This document shows positions 52,262 to 60,953 of a stretch of 64,000 nt of DNA, one piece after another. Numbering within the stretch: position 1 is the first letter of the stretch; the number at the start of each line of letters is the position of its first letter. Location: contig CAVPGK010000018.1 in the NCBI GenBank assembly GCA_963703955.1, forward strand, positions 1 to 64,000, read 5' to 3'. The DNA comes from Nitrospirota bacterium. GTDB taxonomy: Bacteria; Nitrospirota; Nitrospiria; Nitrospirales; Nitrospiraceae. Position numbers and translations under genes: made by a program. The notes beneath the pieces are model-generated. The model saw only the letters and a list, made by a program, of their open reading frames with translations. It was not told the DNA's origin and searched no databases.

Positions 52262-53356
52262 ATGACCCTTCATGAAACAATCGAGCAGATTCGACCGGTG
52301 GACCGGGAAATAATGAAGCGAGCCCAAGCCCGCCTCGACCGGCTCACCAAGCCAATGGGAAGTTTGGGGCGGCTCGAGGAATTGGCGGTCCGCTATGTGG
52401 GGATGACCCGGGAGGAGCATCCAAAGCCGCCGCGAACGCTCATCTTCACGTTCGCGGCCGATCATGGGGTGACGGCAGAAGGGGTCAGCGCCTATCCCAG
52501 TGAGGTGACCGCGCAGATGGTCCTGAACTTTCTTCGAGGAAGCGCAGCGGTCAATGTGCTGGCCCGCCATGTCGGGGCCGAAGTTCGGGTCGTGGATATC
52601 GGTGTGGCTCATGCGTTTGGTTCCTTGCCTGGGTTGATCGGTCGAAAAGTCAGCGCCGGCACGAATAATTTTGCATTGGAGCCAGCCATGAGTCGCGAGC
52701 AAGCTGAACAGGGGTTACTCGTAGGCGTGGACCTTGCCGTTCAATCCGCCCGCGAAGGGGTCGGCCTGATTGGCACAGGGGACATGGGCATCGGCAATAC
52801 CACCCCGAGCGCGGCGATCACCGCGGTGATGACTGGTCTCGCTACAGAACAGGTGACAGGTAGCGGAACCGGCATCGACGATGCGGGCTATCGACGGAAA
52901 GTCTCGGTGATCAAGCGCGCCCTCGCCTTGCATGATCCAAACCCGGAAGACCCGCTGGACGTGCTGAGCAAGGTGGGAGGCTATGAAATTGCCGGGGTTG
53001 CGGGACTGATACTCGGAGCCGCAGCGTGCGGGATTCCGATCGTGCTGGATGGATTCATTGCAGGAGCAGCCGCGCTACTTGCGACGGGGCTTGAGCCACG
53101 GTGTGGTGAGTACCTCATTGCCTCGCACCTTTCGGTTGAGCGCGGGCATCGAGCGGTCTTGCATCGCCTTAGCCTCGCACCGCTCCTGGATCTGGATCTT
53201 CGGCTTGGAGAAGGCACGGGAGCTTGCCTCGGGATCGGGCTGGTCCATGCCGCGATCAAAGTCCTGACGCAGATGGCGACCTTCGATGAAGCCGGCGTGT
53301 CCGAACGGTCGGCCCGGGAAAGGCCGCGTCTCGGCGCGCCCGGGGCGGGCGGGTGA
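52262..53356 (+). CDS. cobT: Nicotinate-nucleotide-dimethylbenzimidazole phosphoribosyltransferase
   Basis: LTKPMGSLGRLE, FAADHGV, GDMGIGNTT, LRLGEGTGA, MATFDEAGVS. Confidence 0.96.
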   Translation: MTLHETIEQIRPVDREIMKRAQARLDRLTKPMGSLGRLEELAVRYVGMTREEHPKPPRTLIFTFAADHGVTAEGVSAYPSEVTAQMVLNFLRGSAAVNVLARHVGAEVRVVDIGVAHAFGSLPGLIGRKVSAGTNNFALEPAMSREQAEQGLLVGVDLAVQSAREGVGLIGTGDMGIGNTTPSAAITAVMTGLATEQVTGSGTGIDDAGYRRKVSVIKRALALHDPNPEDPLDVLSKVGGYEIAGVAGLILGAAACGIPIVLDGFIAGAAALLATGLEPRCGEYLIASHLSVERGHRAVLHRLSLAPLLDLDLRLGEGTGACLGIGLVHAAIKVLTQMATFDEAGVSERSARERPRLGAPGAGG

Positions 53357-53359
53357 AAA
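53315..53359 (+). repeat. ~45-nt repeat module shared with the MITE (reverse strand 21336-21380) and the MBL-gene insert (31080-31122)
   Basis: CGGGAAAGGCCGCGTCTCGGCGCGCCCGGGGCGGGCGGGTGAAA vs MITE reverse complement CGGGAAGGAGCGCGTCTCGGCGCGCTCGGGGCAGGGGCGGGTGAA. Confidence 0.8.
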
Positions 53360-53368
53360 AGGATCCTG

Positions 53369-54145
53369 GTGATTCGTTCATTTGTCATTGCCTGGCACTT
53401 CCTGACGGCGATTCCGCTGACGGCGGTTCATCACGATCCCACCTCCCACGAACTCGCTCAGTCAATGGCCTGGTTTCCTCTGGTCGGCCTCATCCTGGGC
53501 GGGCTTCTTGCTGGGAGCGCGCTCGTCTTCTCAACAATGTTCACCGACGGCGTTGTGAACGTGCTCCTCATCGTGGTCTTGGCGATTGCGACGCGCGGCC
53601 TACACCTCGATGGCCTGGCTGATTCCTTGGATGGTCTTGCCGGCGGACGAACACCGACCGAGCGGCTGGCGATCATGCGTGATGCGCGCATCGGTGCCAT
53701 AGGCGCCGCAGGCCTGATACTGGCCCTGGGCCTCCGCTATGCTGGGCTGGCGGCATTACCGCTTGCGGATCGGCTCTCCTGGTTGATCTCTATGCCGGCG
53801 ATCGGCCGTTGGGCGATGGTGGTTGGCGCTATGTCGGCCCCCAATGCCCGCGCCGATGGCGGGCTCGCTCAACCGTTTCTTCAACAGCTCTCGCTACGCG
53901 AACTAATCAGCGCGACGGTCTTGCTATCCGGCATTGTGATCTTGGCCCTCGGTCCTCTGAGTGCGCTTGTTGCGTGTGGACTTGTCGCGCTCGTCGCTCG
54001 AGCGGTCACCGCGCTGGCGTGTCGGCTCCTAGGCGGTATTACGGGCGATGTGCTTGGCGCTACGAATGAAATCGCTGAAATCGTCTTTCTAATCCTCGCA
54101 CCGACTGTAGCGAACCTGGGACTGCCGTTTCACCTATTGCGATGA
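53369..54145 (+). CDS. cobS: Adenosylcobinamide-GDP ribazoletransferase (cobalamin synthase)
   Basis: FLTAIP, GLHLDGLADSLDG, IMRDARIGA, GGITGDVLGA. Confidence 0.95.
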   Translation: MIRSFVIAWHFLTAIPLTAVHHDPTSHELAQSMAWFPLVGLILGGLLAGSALVFSTMFTDGVVNVLLIVVLAIATRGLHLDGLADSLDGLAGGRTPTERLAIMRDARIGAIGAAGLILALGLRYAGLAALPLADRLSWLISMPAIGRWAMVVGAMSAPNARADGGLAQPFLQQLSLRELISATVLLSGIVILALGPLSALVACGLVALVARAVTALACRLLGGITGDVLGATNEIAEIVFLILAPTVANLGLPFHLLR

Positions 54146-55086
54146 CGGTCCAAGAGCTGGTTCTGGCTTGCGTGCTCGATGTTATCGTCGGCGATCCGCG
54201 CTGGCTCCCTCATCCGGTTCGACTGATGGGTCTGGCAGTCACATGGTATGAGAAAAGAATCAAAGGTGGTATTCGTCGCCCTGAAGCCTTGAGAATAATT
54301 GGCGTTGCGCTGGCGCTCGGCTTGCCGGCGATTTCCTATGCAGCCGCGTGGCTGGTCATTGAACGGGCCGAGACGCTGCACGCGGCACTAGGAAAGACGC
54401 TGGTTGTCTTTCTTGCGTTCACCACTCTGGCGGCGCGAGATCTCGTTGACCATTCCCTCGCGGTCTGGCGCGCGCTCGAAGGCGACTCGCTCGTTGAGGC
54501 ACGTGCGGCCGTGTCCAGGATTGTTGGGCGTGATACCGACCGTCTCTCCGAACCGGAGGTCGTGCGAGCCACCGTGGAGACGATTGCGGAGAGCACGTCC
54601 GATGGGGTCATTGCCCCTCTGTTGTATCTAACATTGGGAGGACCTCCCTTGGCGTTGGCGTATAAGGCGATCAACACGCTGGACTCGATGGTGGGCTATC
54701 GCAATGCCGCATATCGAGACTTTGGGTGGGCCTCAGCCCGGCTTGATGATGCGGCGAATTGGGTGCCGGCGCGGATCACGGGAGTGCTTCTAGTTCTTGC
54801 GGCGGGAATCCGAACCCATACGATGGGACAGGCGTGGCGTATCTTCCGGCGTGACGGGGAAAAGCACCCCAGTCCAAACAGTGGTCGGCCCGAAGCCGCT
54901 ATGGCCGGAGCGTTGGGAGTGCAGCTTGGAGGAACGAACTTCTATGGCGGCCAACCGTCTGAGCGGCCACGGCTAGGTGATGGCTTGGTGTCGCTGAGAC
55001 CGGCCCAGATCCCGATCGCGCTTCACCTCATGGCTGTTGCATCGCTGATGGCCGTGATGTTGGCGGCGCTGGGCCTATGCCTGTGA
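54142..55086 (+). CDS. cbiB: Adenosylcobinamide-phosphate synthase
   Basis: GDPRWLPHPV, IVGRDT, AESTSDGVIAP, YKAINTLDSMVGY, SPNSGRPEAAMAGAL. Confidence 0.96.
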   Translation: MTVQELVLACVLDVIVGDPRWLPHPVRLMGLAVTWYEKRIKGGIRRPEALRIIGVALALGLPAISYAAAWLVIERAETLHAALGKTLVVFLAFTTLAARDLVDHSLAVWRALEGDSLVEARAAVSRIVGRDTDRLSEPEVVRATVETIAESTSDGVIAPLLYLTLGGPPLALAYKAINTLDSMVGYRNAAYRDFGWASARLDDAANWVPARITGVLLVLAAGIRTHTMGQAWRIFRRDGEKHPSPNSGRPEAAMAGALGVQLGGTNFYGGQPSERPRLGDGLVSLRPAQIPIALHLMAVASLMAVMLAALGLCL

Positions 55087-55088
55087 AC

Positions 55089-56168
55089 ATGCGGGTGGAA
55101 CATGGCGGCAATGTCTATGCGGCCGTTCGCGAGAGCGGCCGCCGCCTGAATACCCTGATCGATTTCAGCGCCAGCATCAACCCTCTTGGTCCTTCTCCGC
55201 GGGCGCTTCGCGCGATTCTTTCGTCTCTTCATCTGACGGTTTACTATCCGGATCCTGACTGTGTCGCCGTTCGGGACGGGCTCGCGAAACGGCACAATCT
55301 GATTCCCGAGCAGATAGTCATCGGGAACGGATCAATTGAGCTGATCCATTTGTTGCCGCGCGCCCTGTCGATCGGCTGCGCGTTGATTGTCGGGCCGACC
55401 TTCTCGGAGTATGCACGCGCGGTGTTGCTGGAAGGAGGACACGTCATCAGACTCGACGCGATGCGGATCGATCGGTACCGGCCGCCGGTTGAACGGGCGA
55501 TCGATTGTGTTCGGAAGAATAGCGCCAAGATCGATGCGGTGTTTCTCTGCAACCCCAACAGTCCGACGGGACAGGGGGTGAGTGTGGAGGACGTCTTCGA
55601 GTTGGTTGGCGCAGCGTCTCGTCGCAAAGTCTGGGCTGTCGTGGATGAGACGTTTGTCGAATATTGTGAGGACCGATCAGTGGTGCGAGAACTGAACCGG
55701 CTTTCGCGGTTGGTCGTGTTGCGGAGCTTCACCAAGTTTTACGCAATCCCGGGCTTGCGCATCGGCTATTTGGCCGGCGGCGAGCAAACCATCAAGCGCA
55801 TCCGGCGATTGATTCCTCCGTGGTCGGTCAACACCATGTCACAGGTCGCTGCCTTGGCGTCGATCCATGATGTCCGCCATGCCCGGAGAAGCCGCGCGTT
55901 CATGGACCACGAGCGACCGCGCCTGATCGAAAACCTGGAGTCACTTCGCGGGGTAACGGTGTATCCGTCCGAGGCGAACTTCGTCCTGGTGGAACTTCCT
56001 CATGCACACACAGCGAGACACGTTGTGGGACTGCTTCGCCGCCAAGGACTGTTGGTCCGTGACTGCTCCTCTGTCGAGGGCCTGACCGCTTGGACGATCA
56101 GGATCGCGGTGCGCACGCCCACGCAGAATGATCGTCTGATCACAATTCTTCGGAATCTCATTACCTGA
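55089..56168 (+). CDS. cobD: L-threonine-O-3-phosphate decarboxylase
   Basis: HGGN, DFSASINPLG, CNPNSPTG, VDETF, RSFTKFYAIPGLRIGY. Confidence 0.92.
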   Translation: MRVEHGGNVYAAVRESGRRLNTLIDFSASINPLGPSPRALRAILSSLHLTVYYPDPDCVAVRDGLAKRHNLIPEQIVIGNGSIELIHLLPRALSIGCALIVGPTFSEYARAVLLEGGHVIRLDAMRIDRYRPPVERAIDCVRKNSAKIDAVFLCNPNSPTGQGVSVEDVFELVGAASRRKVWAVVDETFVEYCEDRSVVRELNRLSRLVVLRSFTKFYAIPGLRIGYLAGGEQTIKRIRRLIPPWSVNTMSQVAALASIHDVRHARRSRAFMDHERPRLIENLESLRGVTVYPSEANFVLVELPHAHTARHVVGLLRRQGLLVRDCSSVEGLTAWTIRIAVRTPTQNDRLITILRNLIT

Positions 56169-56182
56169 CGAGGAACTTTCAT

Positions 56183-56935
56183 ATGGCAAACCATAAGCGG
56201 ACTTCCGTGGTGACCAGTTTCGTTGTCAAGAGCGATACATTGCTCATTGATCTGGGCGAGCCGCGACCCATCTTGTCGTCGGCGCCACGCGGTGGAGGGC
56301 TGGGACGGGCTCGGTACATTTTGAACCACCAAGTAGCGCCCAACCCATTAGCCGATCCGGTTCCGGCTTCCCGAGTTTCCAGGGAAGACCCGGGTCGGTA
56401 TCTAGGACGCATCGCAAGCCAGCATGGAGTGGAAACACCGTCGGTTGCCCTCATGACTGCCGTGTCGCTGAAACAGCTTGTCGTTATGCGCGAAGAGTCA
56501 GCGGGTATCTGGGTAGAGGGATTTTTTACGGTGGGCGTCTCCAATGCGGTCAGAGCAGGTGAACCGATCGATCTTCACGCGGAGGACAGCAGCGTACGGT
56601 CGACTCCGGGAACGATTAATATTATTTTGGTCACCAATGGTCGTTTGACCTCATCGGCTATGGTTGGTGTTGTGCAGGTAGCGACGGAAAGTAAGACGGC
56701 CGTCCTGATTTCTCATCACATCCCAAGTCAGACGGGAGGTCCGTGGGCAACCGGAACCGGCACGGATGCGATTGTGGTCGCAAGCGGAAAAGGACGAGTC
56801 CTTCGCTATAGCGGGACGCACACCAAGTTCGGCGAGATGGTCGGACGGCTTGTTGCGCGTGGTGTTGGTGAAGGGCTCCTTCGCTCGAAGGAGTGGGCTC
56901 GCTTTCAGCATAGAGGTTCGGTCTCTCCTCGCTAA
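56183..56935 (+). CDS. cbiZ: Adenosylcobinamide amidohydrolase
   Basis: LSSAPRGGG, LMTAV, TVGVSNA, GTINII, ATESK, ATGTGTD. Confidence 0.9.
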   Translation: MANHKRTSVVTSFVVKSDTLLIDLGEPRPILSSAPRGGGLGRARYILNHQVAPNPLADPVPASRVSREDPGRYLGRIASQHGVETPSVALMTAVSLKQLVVMREESAGIWVEGFFTVGVSNAVRAGEPIDLHAEDSSVRSTPGTINIILVTNGRLTSSAMVGVVQVATESKTAVLISHHIPSQTGGPWATGTGTDAIVVASGKGRVLRYSGTHTKFGEMVGRLVARGVGEGLLRSKEWARFQHRGSVSPR

Positions 56936-57226
56936 CCGGCTTTCTCCTGCTTCTCTAGCTGCGCCAGCCTTACAAAATTCGGCTCTTTGGCCGGAAATTC
57001 GTCGATTCCGAACTGTCCATCAAGCGTGTCTCAATTCGGATGCGCTCTCTAATCTGCTCGAAAACAAGTACTTATCGTTCGCTCATGACAAGACGCAAAA
57101 TTCTGTCGTTCCCAGCACCAAATTTGCATCGTGCAGAATGATCTGTAGTTACTATACTTAGAATACTGTTCCGGCGATACACTTGATCAAGGGACCGGCA
57201 TCATTTTGTCAGGAGAGGAGGCGATC

Positions 57227-57961
57227 ATGAGGGTGAGAGCCGCGGCGGTGATATTCGGCGTGAGTCTGTGGGTAGGTGTGCTCCTGTCGGCAGGGCCGGC
57301 GCGTGCTGCGAATGAGGCGGAAGTCGCCGAGCTTCTTGTAAAACTCTTGCAGGCCGGCCGGAGCGTGATTTCATCTCAGCAGGAATTGATCAATGATCCA
57401 TCGAAAGGGAACAAGGGGTTCACCCCTGACTATTTGGCTGAAAAGATGATTGAGAAGTATAAGGAAACCACCAAGCTAGACCTCAGCAGGCCGGCCAACA
57501 TTCCACAGGCCAAATTACTGCTGGCCTTGCTTGAATCCGGAAAAGAGGTGGTGGCTGAGGCGCAGCCGATCATCAATAAGCAGGGGGTCGGATTTAAGGG
57601 GCTGATTCCAGCCGTATGGGGACGGAAAACAGGGGAACGTTTCACCCAAAAGACCGGGATCAAATTGAAATTGACCGCCGTGGATTATCGGTTTCCGGGC
57701 AACAAACCGGATGAATTTGAGTCGGAGGTGCTGAGGCTCTTTTCGGATCCAAATTACCCAAAAAATAAAGAATACAGTCGCATGGTGATGGTCAACGGCC
57801 AACCGGCTTTTCGCATGATGGCGCCGGAATATGCCGGGGCGACGTGTCTGAAATGCCATGGGGATCCGAGGGGGGAACGCGATATCACAGGAAACAAGAA
57901 GGAGGGTTTGAAAGAGGGAGGGCTTGCCGGAGCCATCAGCCTGATCATCCCGGTGCATTAG
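57227..57961 (+). CDS. Stand-alone periplasmic DUF3365 (Tll0287-like) c-type heme protein
   Basis: Signal peptide ending ARA, NKPDEFE, single CLKCH heme motif, G..EGGLAGAIS. Confidence 0.85.
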   Translation: MRVRAAAVIFGVSLWVGVLLSAGPARAANEAEVAELLVKLLQAGRSVISSQQELINDPSKGNKGFTPDYLAEKMIEKYKETTKLDLSRPANIPQAKLLLALLESGKEVVAEAQPIINKQGVGFKGLIPAVWGRKTGERFTQKTGIKLKLTAVDYRFPGNKPDEFESEVLRLFSDPNYPKNKEYSRMVMVNGQPAFRMMAPEYAGATCLKCHGDPRGERDITGNKKEGLKEGGLAGAISLIIPVH

Positions 57962-58017
57962 GGAGAGAGTCCTCGCAGAGGAACCTCAGCATTCAATCAT
58001 TCAAGGAGGCAGAATCG

Positions 58018-58380
58018 ATGAGCAAGATTGTCGTAGTCGATGATTCGTACGCAGAACTTCAACTCATTGAAGGGGTTTTAAAGGGAGCCAACCATACGGT
58101 CGTGTCCTATCCCAATACGGAGAAGTTGGAGGAAAAGCTTGCCGTAGAGCGCCCCGACTTGATCGTCATGGATGTCGTCATGCCGGGCCGCAATGGGTTT
58201 CAAGCGTGCCGAGATTTGAAAAGCGATGACCGGTTCAAGAATATCCCGGTCGTCCTGTGTACTTCGAAAGGGCAAGACAGCGACAAGTTTTGGGGGCAGC
58301 AGCAAGGCGCCAACGGATACATCACGAAGCCCTTCAAGGGCGAAGACCTGCTCGCGACCGTGAAAAAGGTCCTCGCGTAA
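58018..58380 (+). CDS. Single-domain response regulator (PilH/CheY-like)
   Basis: VVDDS, MDVVMPGRNGFQACR, TSKGQDSDKFWGQQQGA, ITKPF. Confidence 0.92.
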   Translation: MSKIVVVDDSYAELQLIEGVLKGANHTVVSYPNTEKLEEKLAVERPDLIVMDVVMPGRNGFQACRDLKSDDRFKNIPVVLCTSKGQDSDKFWGQQQGANGYITKPFKGEDLLATVKKVLA

Positions 58381-58420
58381 GCGTGGGCTGGATCGAAACC
58401 AACGGAGGCCACAAAGAATC

Positions 58421-58936
58421 GTGATGGAAGGCGTCAGCGCTTCTGCGCAGCAGGTTGAACGTGCAAACCCGTTGGCGCGCACGGATACGCTGCGGCGGGT
58501 ATGTCTGATCACCTTGGGAGGTGAACTCTACGCAATCGAGCTGCGGAGCGTTCGCGAAGTCTTCGAAGTGGAGTCGGTGACACCCGTTCCCGGGATGCCG
58601 AGCGCCCTGGTGGGCGTGGCGAATCTGCGTGGCGTCGTCATTCCGCTGGTGGACCTCCGATTGATGCTGGGGCTTGTCGTGAGTGGTCCCCCGCCTCAAT
58701 TTGCGGTGGTGATCCGGCATGGCTCGCGGCAGGTGGGCGTGCTGGTCGAGCGCGTGCCGGAAATCCGAAGCCTTCAGCCAGATCAATTTCTTCCGACCGC
58801 GAACTCCGCGCGAGCGGAGTCACGTCCTTTTGTTTCAACCGTCCTTCGCATCGAAGATCGATTGGGCGGCATGCTCGAAGTGCCGATGGTATTTGAGCAC
58901 GTGGAAGGGGGAGCACCCGCCGCGAAGACGGCCTGA
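58421..58936 (+). CDS. cheW: CheW-like coupling protein
   Basis: [31 protein letters not shown]. Confidence 0.92.
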   Translation: MMEGVSASAQQVERANPLARTDTLRRVCLITLGGELYAIELRSVREVFEVESVTPVPGMPSALVGVANLRGVVIPLVDLRLMLGLVVSGPPPQFAVVIRHGSRQVGVLVERVPEIRSLQPDQFLPTANSARAESRPFVSTVLRIEDRLGGMLEVPMVFEHVEGGAPAAKTA

Positions 58937-59031
58937 TAAGTCAAATTCGTTGGTGTCCCGAAGAAAGCGTGAGACTCGGAACTGGCGGCCGAGGCCGGCC
59001 AACGGTTGCATTGGGGAAAAGGAGGAACGAC

Positions 59032-60909
59032 ATGTTCGAGTCAGGTCTTCAACAGAGGTTCACAGACCTCCATACGCAGACGAAGCTGATGATCGGATTC
59101 GGAGCGGTGAGCATTATCATTTTGGCGATGACCGCAGTCGGCGTGGTCACCCTGGGCCAGCTTCGAGAACAATTTCGGGTCATGAACGATAACTCCAACG
59201 TCACGTTGGCCGACCTCGCGGCCTTCGGAAATCGATTCGTGGATTATCACCGCCTTGTCCTTCAACTCCCCGAAGAGCTCAGGAAAAAGGAAGATCTCGA
59301 GAAAGCCTTGGGCCGTCTCTCAAAGATCAAGCAAGAGACATATGAGCCCATCACGAGATATGAATCCTCCCAGCTCCGCATATCCAAATCCGGCCGTGAC
59401 GAGGCGAAAGATCTCGCCGTTCTGAAAGGCAGCCTGCAGGCGTATTTCAAGGAGGCGGAGGGTGCGAGCAGTGCCCTCATGGACAGTTTTACCGACCCGA
59501 AATTGACAGCGGAACAGTCCCATCAAATGAGAGCGCTCGGTATCCTCTCGGTCACCAATAATCTGATTCCTCACTACGAAAAAGTCATTGACCGACATCG
59601 TGAGCAGCTTGCGACAGTTCGTGCTGTCGCCGGAGACATTAACGACGATGGCCAGGGCTTGGCTAGACGCGGAACAATGCTGCTGATTGTGGGTGGATTG
59701 GTGGCTGTGGCGATGGGCTTGGCGGTCGGTTATCTCATGGCTCGGTTCTTTTCACGAGGCATCATTCACATTGCCGACGTCGCGAGTCAGGCGGCATCGG
59801 GGCACCTGCAGGCCCGCGCGAAACTGGCGTCGCGCGACGAGTTGGGTCAGATGGCGACTGCGTTCAATACCATGCTTGACCGGATTACGGCTCTTGTTCA
59901 AACCGAAGGTGAGCGCGACATGATGCAGCGTCGTCTCATGCAATTCCTTACGCTCGTGTCGGATGTCGGTAAGGGAGACCTGACAAAACGAGGGGAAGTG
60001 ACCGCCGACATGTTCGGAAACCTGGCCGACGCGTTCAACTTGATGCTGGATCGTTTCGGAAAATTGTTACGCCAGGTGAAAGACGCAGCCGAACGAGTGA
60101 ACCAGTCGGCCGCAGCCTTGCGAGAGACGTCAGGTCAGATGGCCGGAACGGCCCGGCATCAGGCGGAAGAATCTGTGCGGACGCTCTCGTCGGTCGAAGG
60201 GTTATCGGTCTCCATGCGTCAGGTGGCTCAAACAGCCGGCGCCTCATCCGAGAGCGCCAAACAGGTGTTGACGGCAACGGAACGAGGGCGCGTGGCCGTG
60301 CAAGAGACGGTGCAGGACATGCAAAGCATTCGAAGCGCGGTGCAGCGCATGTCGAAGCAGGTCAAAGGTCTGGGCGATCGCTCCCTAGAAATTTCCCAGA
60401 TCGTGTCGACCATTCGAGATATCGCGTCGCAAACCAATCTGCTGGCTCTGAACGCGGCCATCGAGGCGGCCGGCGCCGGCGAGGCCGGAGCTCGGTTTGC
60501 GGTCGTCGCCGATCAGGTCCGGAAGCTGGCTGAAAACTCGACACAGGCCACACGCGAAATCGCAGACCTTGTGAAGATGATTCAGACTGAAACGCAGGAC
60601 GCCGTCGTTGCGATGGAGCAGGAAACTCAAGCGGTGGAAGCCGGCTCGGCTTCCGCTCTCCGGACTGGTGACGTGTTCAAAGAAATTTCTCAGATCGCCG
60701 AGCGATCGGCCGAACTTGCTCAGGTGATCGCCAACTCCGCGATCGAACAGACATCTTCGACTGAAACCGTAGGTCGATCGATTAAGGACTTTACCGGTGG
60801 GGCCGTTGCTACACAAAAGGCCACGGACTCAGCTCGGGTCACGGTCGAAGAGATGGCCAAACTTGCCGAAGGGCTGGCTGGCTCGGTCGCTCAGTTTAAG
60901 GTTGCCTAA
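59032..60909 (+). CDS. Methyl-accepting chemotaxis protein (PilJ-like)
   Basis: Two TM helices around a helical periplasmic domain, two HAMP domains, [38 protein letters not shown]. Confidence 0.95.
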   Translation: MFESGLQQRFTDLHTQTKLMIGFGAVSIIILAMTAVGVVTLGQLREQFRVMNDNSNVTLADLAAFGNRFVDYHRLVLQLPEELRKKEDLEKALGRLSKIKQETYEPITRYESSQLRISKSGRDEAKDLAVLKGSLQAYFKEAEGASSALMDSFTDPKLTAEQSHQMRALGILSVTNNLIPHYEKVIDRHREQLATVRAVAGDINDDGQGLARRGTMLLIVGGLVAVAMGLAVGYLMARFFSRGIIHIADVASQAASGHLQARAKLASRDELGQMATAFNTMLDRITALVQTEGERDMMQRRLMQFLTLVSDVGKGDLTKRGEVTADMFGNLADAFNLMLDRFGKLLRQVKDAAERVNQSAAALRETSGQMAGTARHQAEESVRTLSSVEGLSVSMRQVAQTAGASSESAKQVLTATERGRVAVQETVQDMQSIRSAVQRMSKQVKGLGDRSLEISQIVSTIRDIASQTNLLALNAAIEAAGAGEAGARFAVVADQVRKLAENSTQATREIADLVKMIQTETQDAVVAMEQETQAVEAGSASALRTGDVFKEISQIAERSAELAQVIANSAIEQTSSTETVGRSIKDFTGGAVATQKATDSARVTVEEMAKLAEGLAGSVAQFKVA

Positions 60910-60953
60910 GGTTCTTTAAGGGTTGGAACGTGCCCGGGGACTCAGAGGGCTTA

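Noticed and set aside
57113..57129. Sigma54 promoter before the DUF3365 gene (CAGCAC-N5-TTGCA)
   Set aside because: The invariant GG at -24 is missing.
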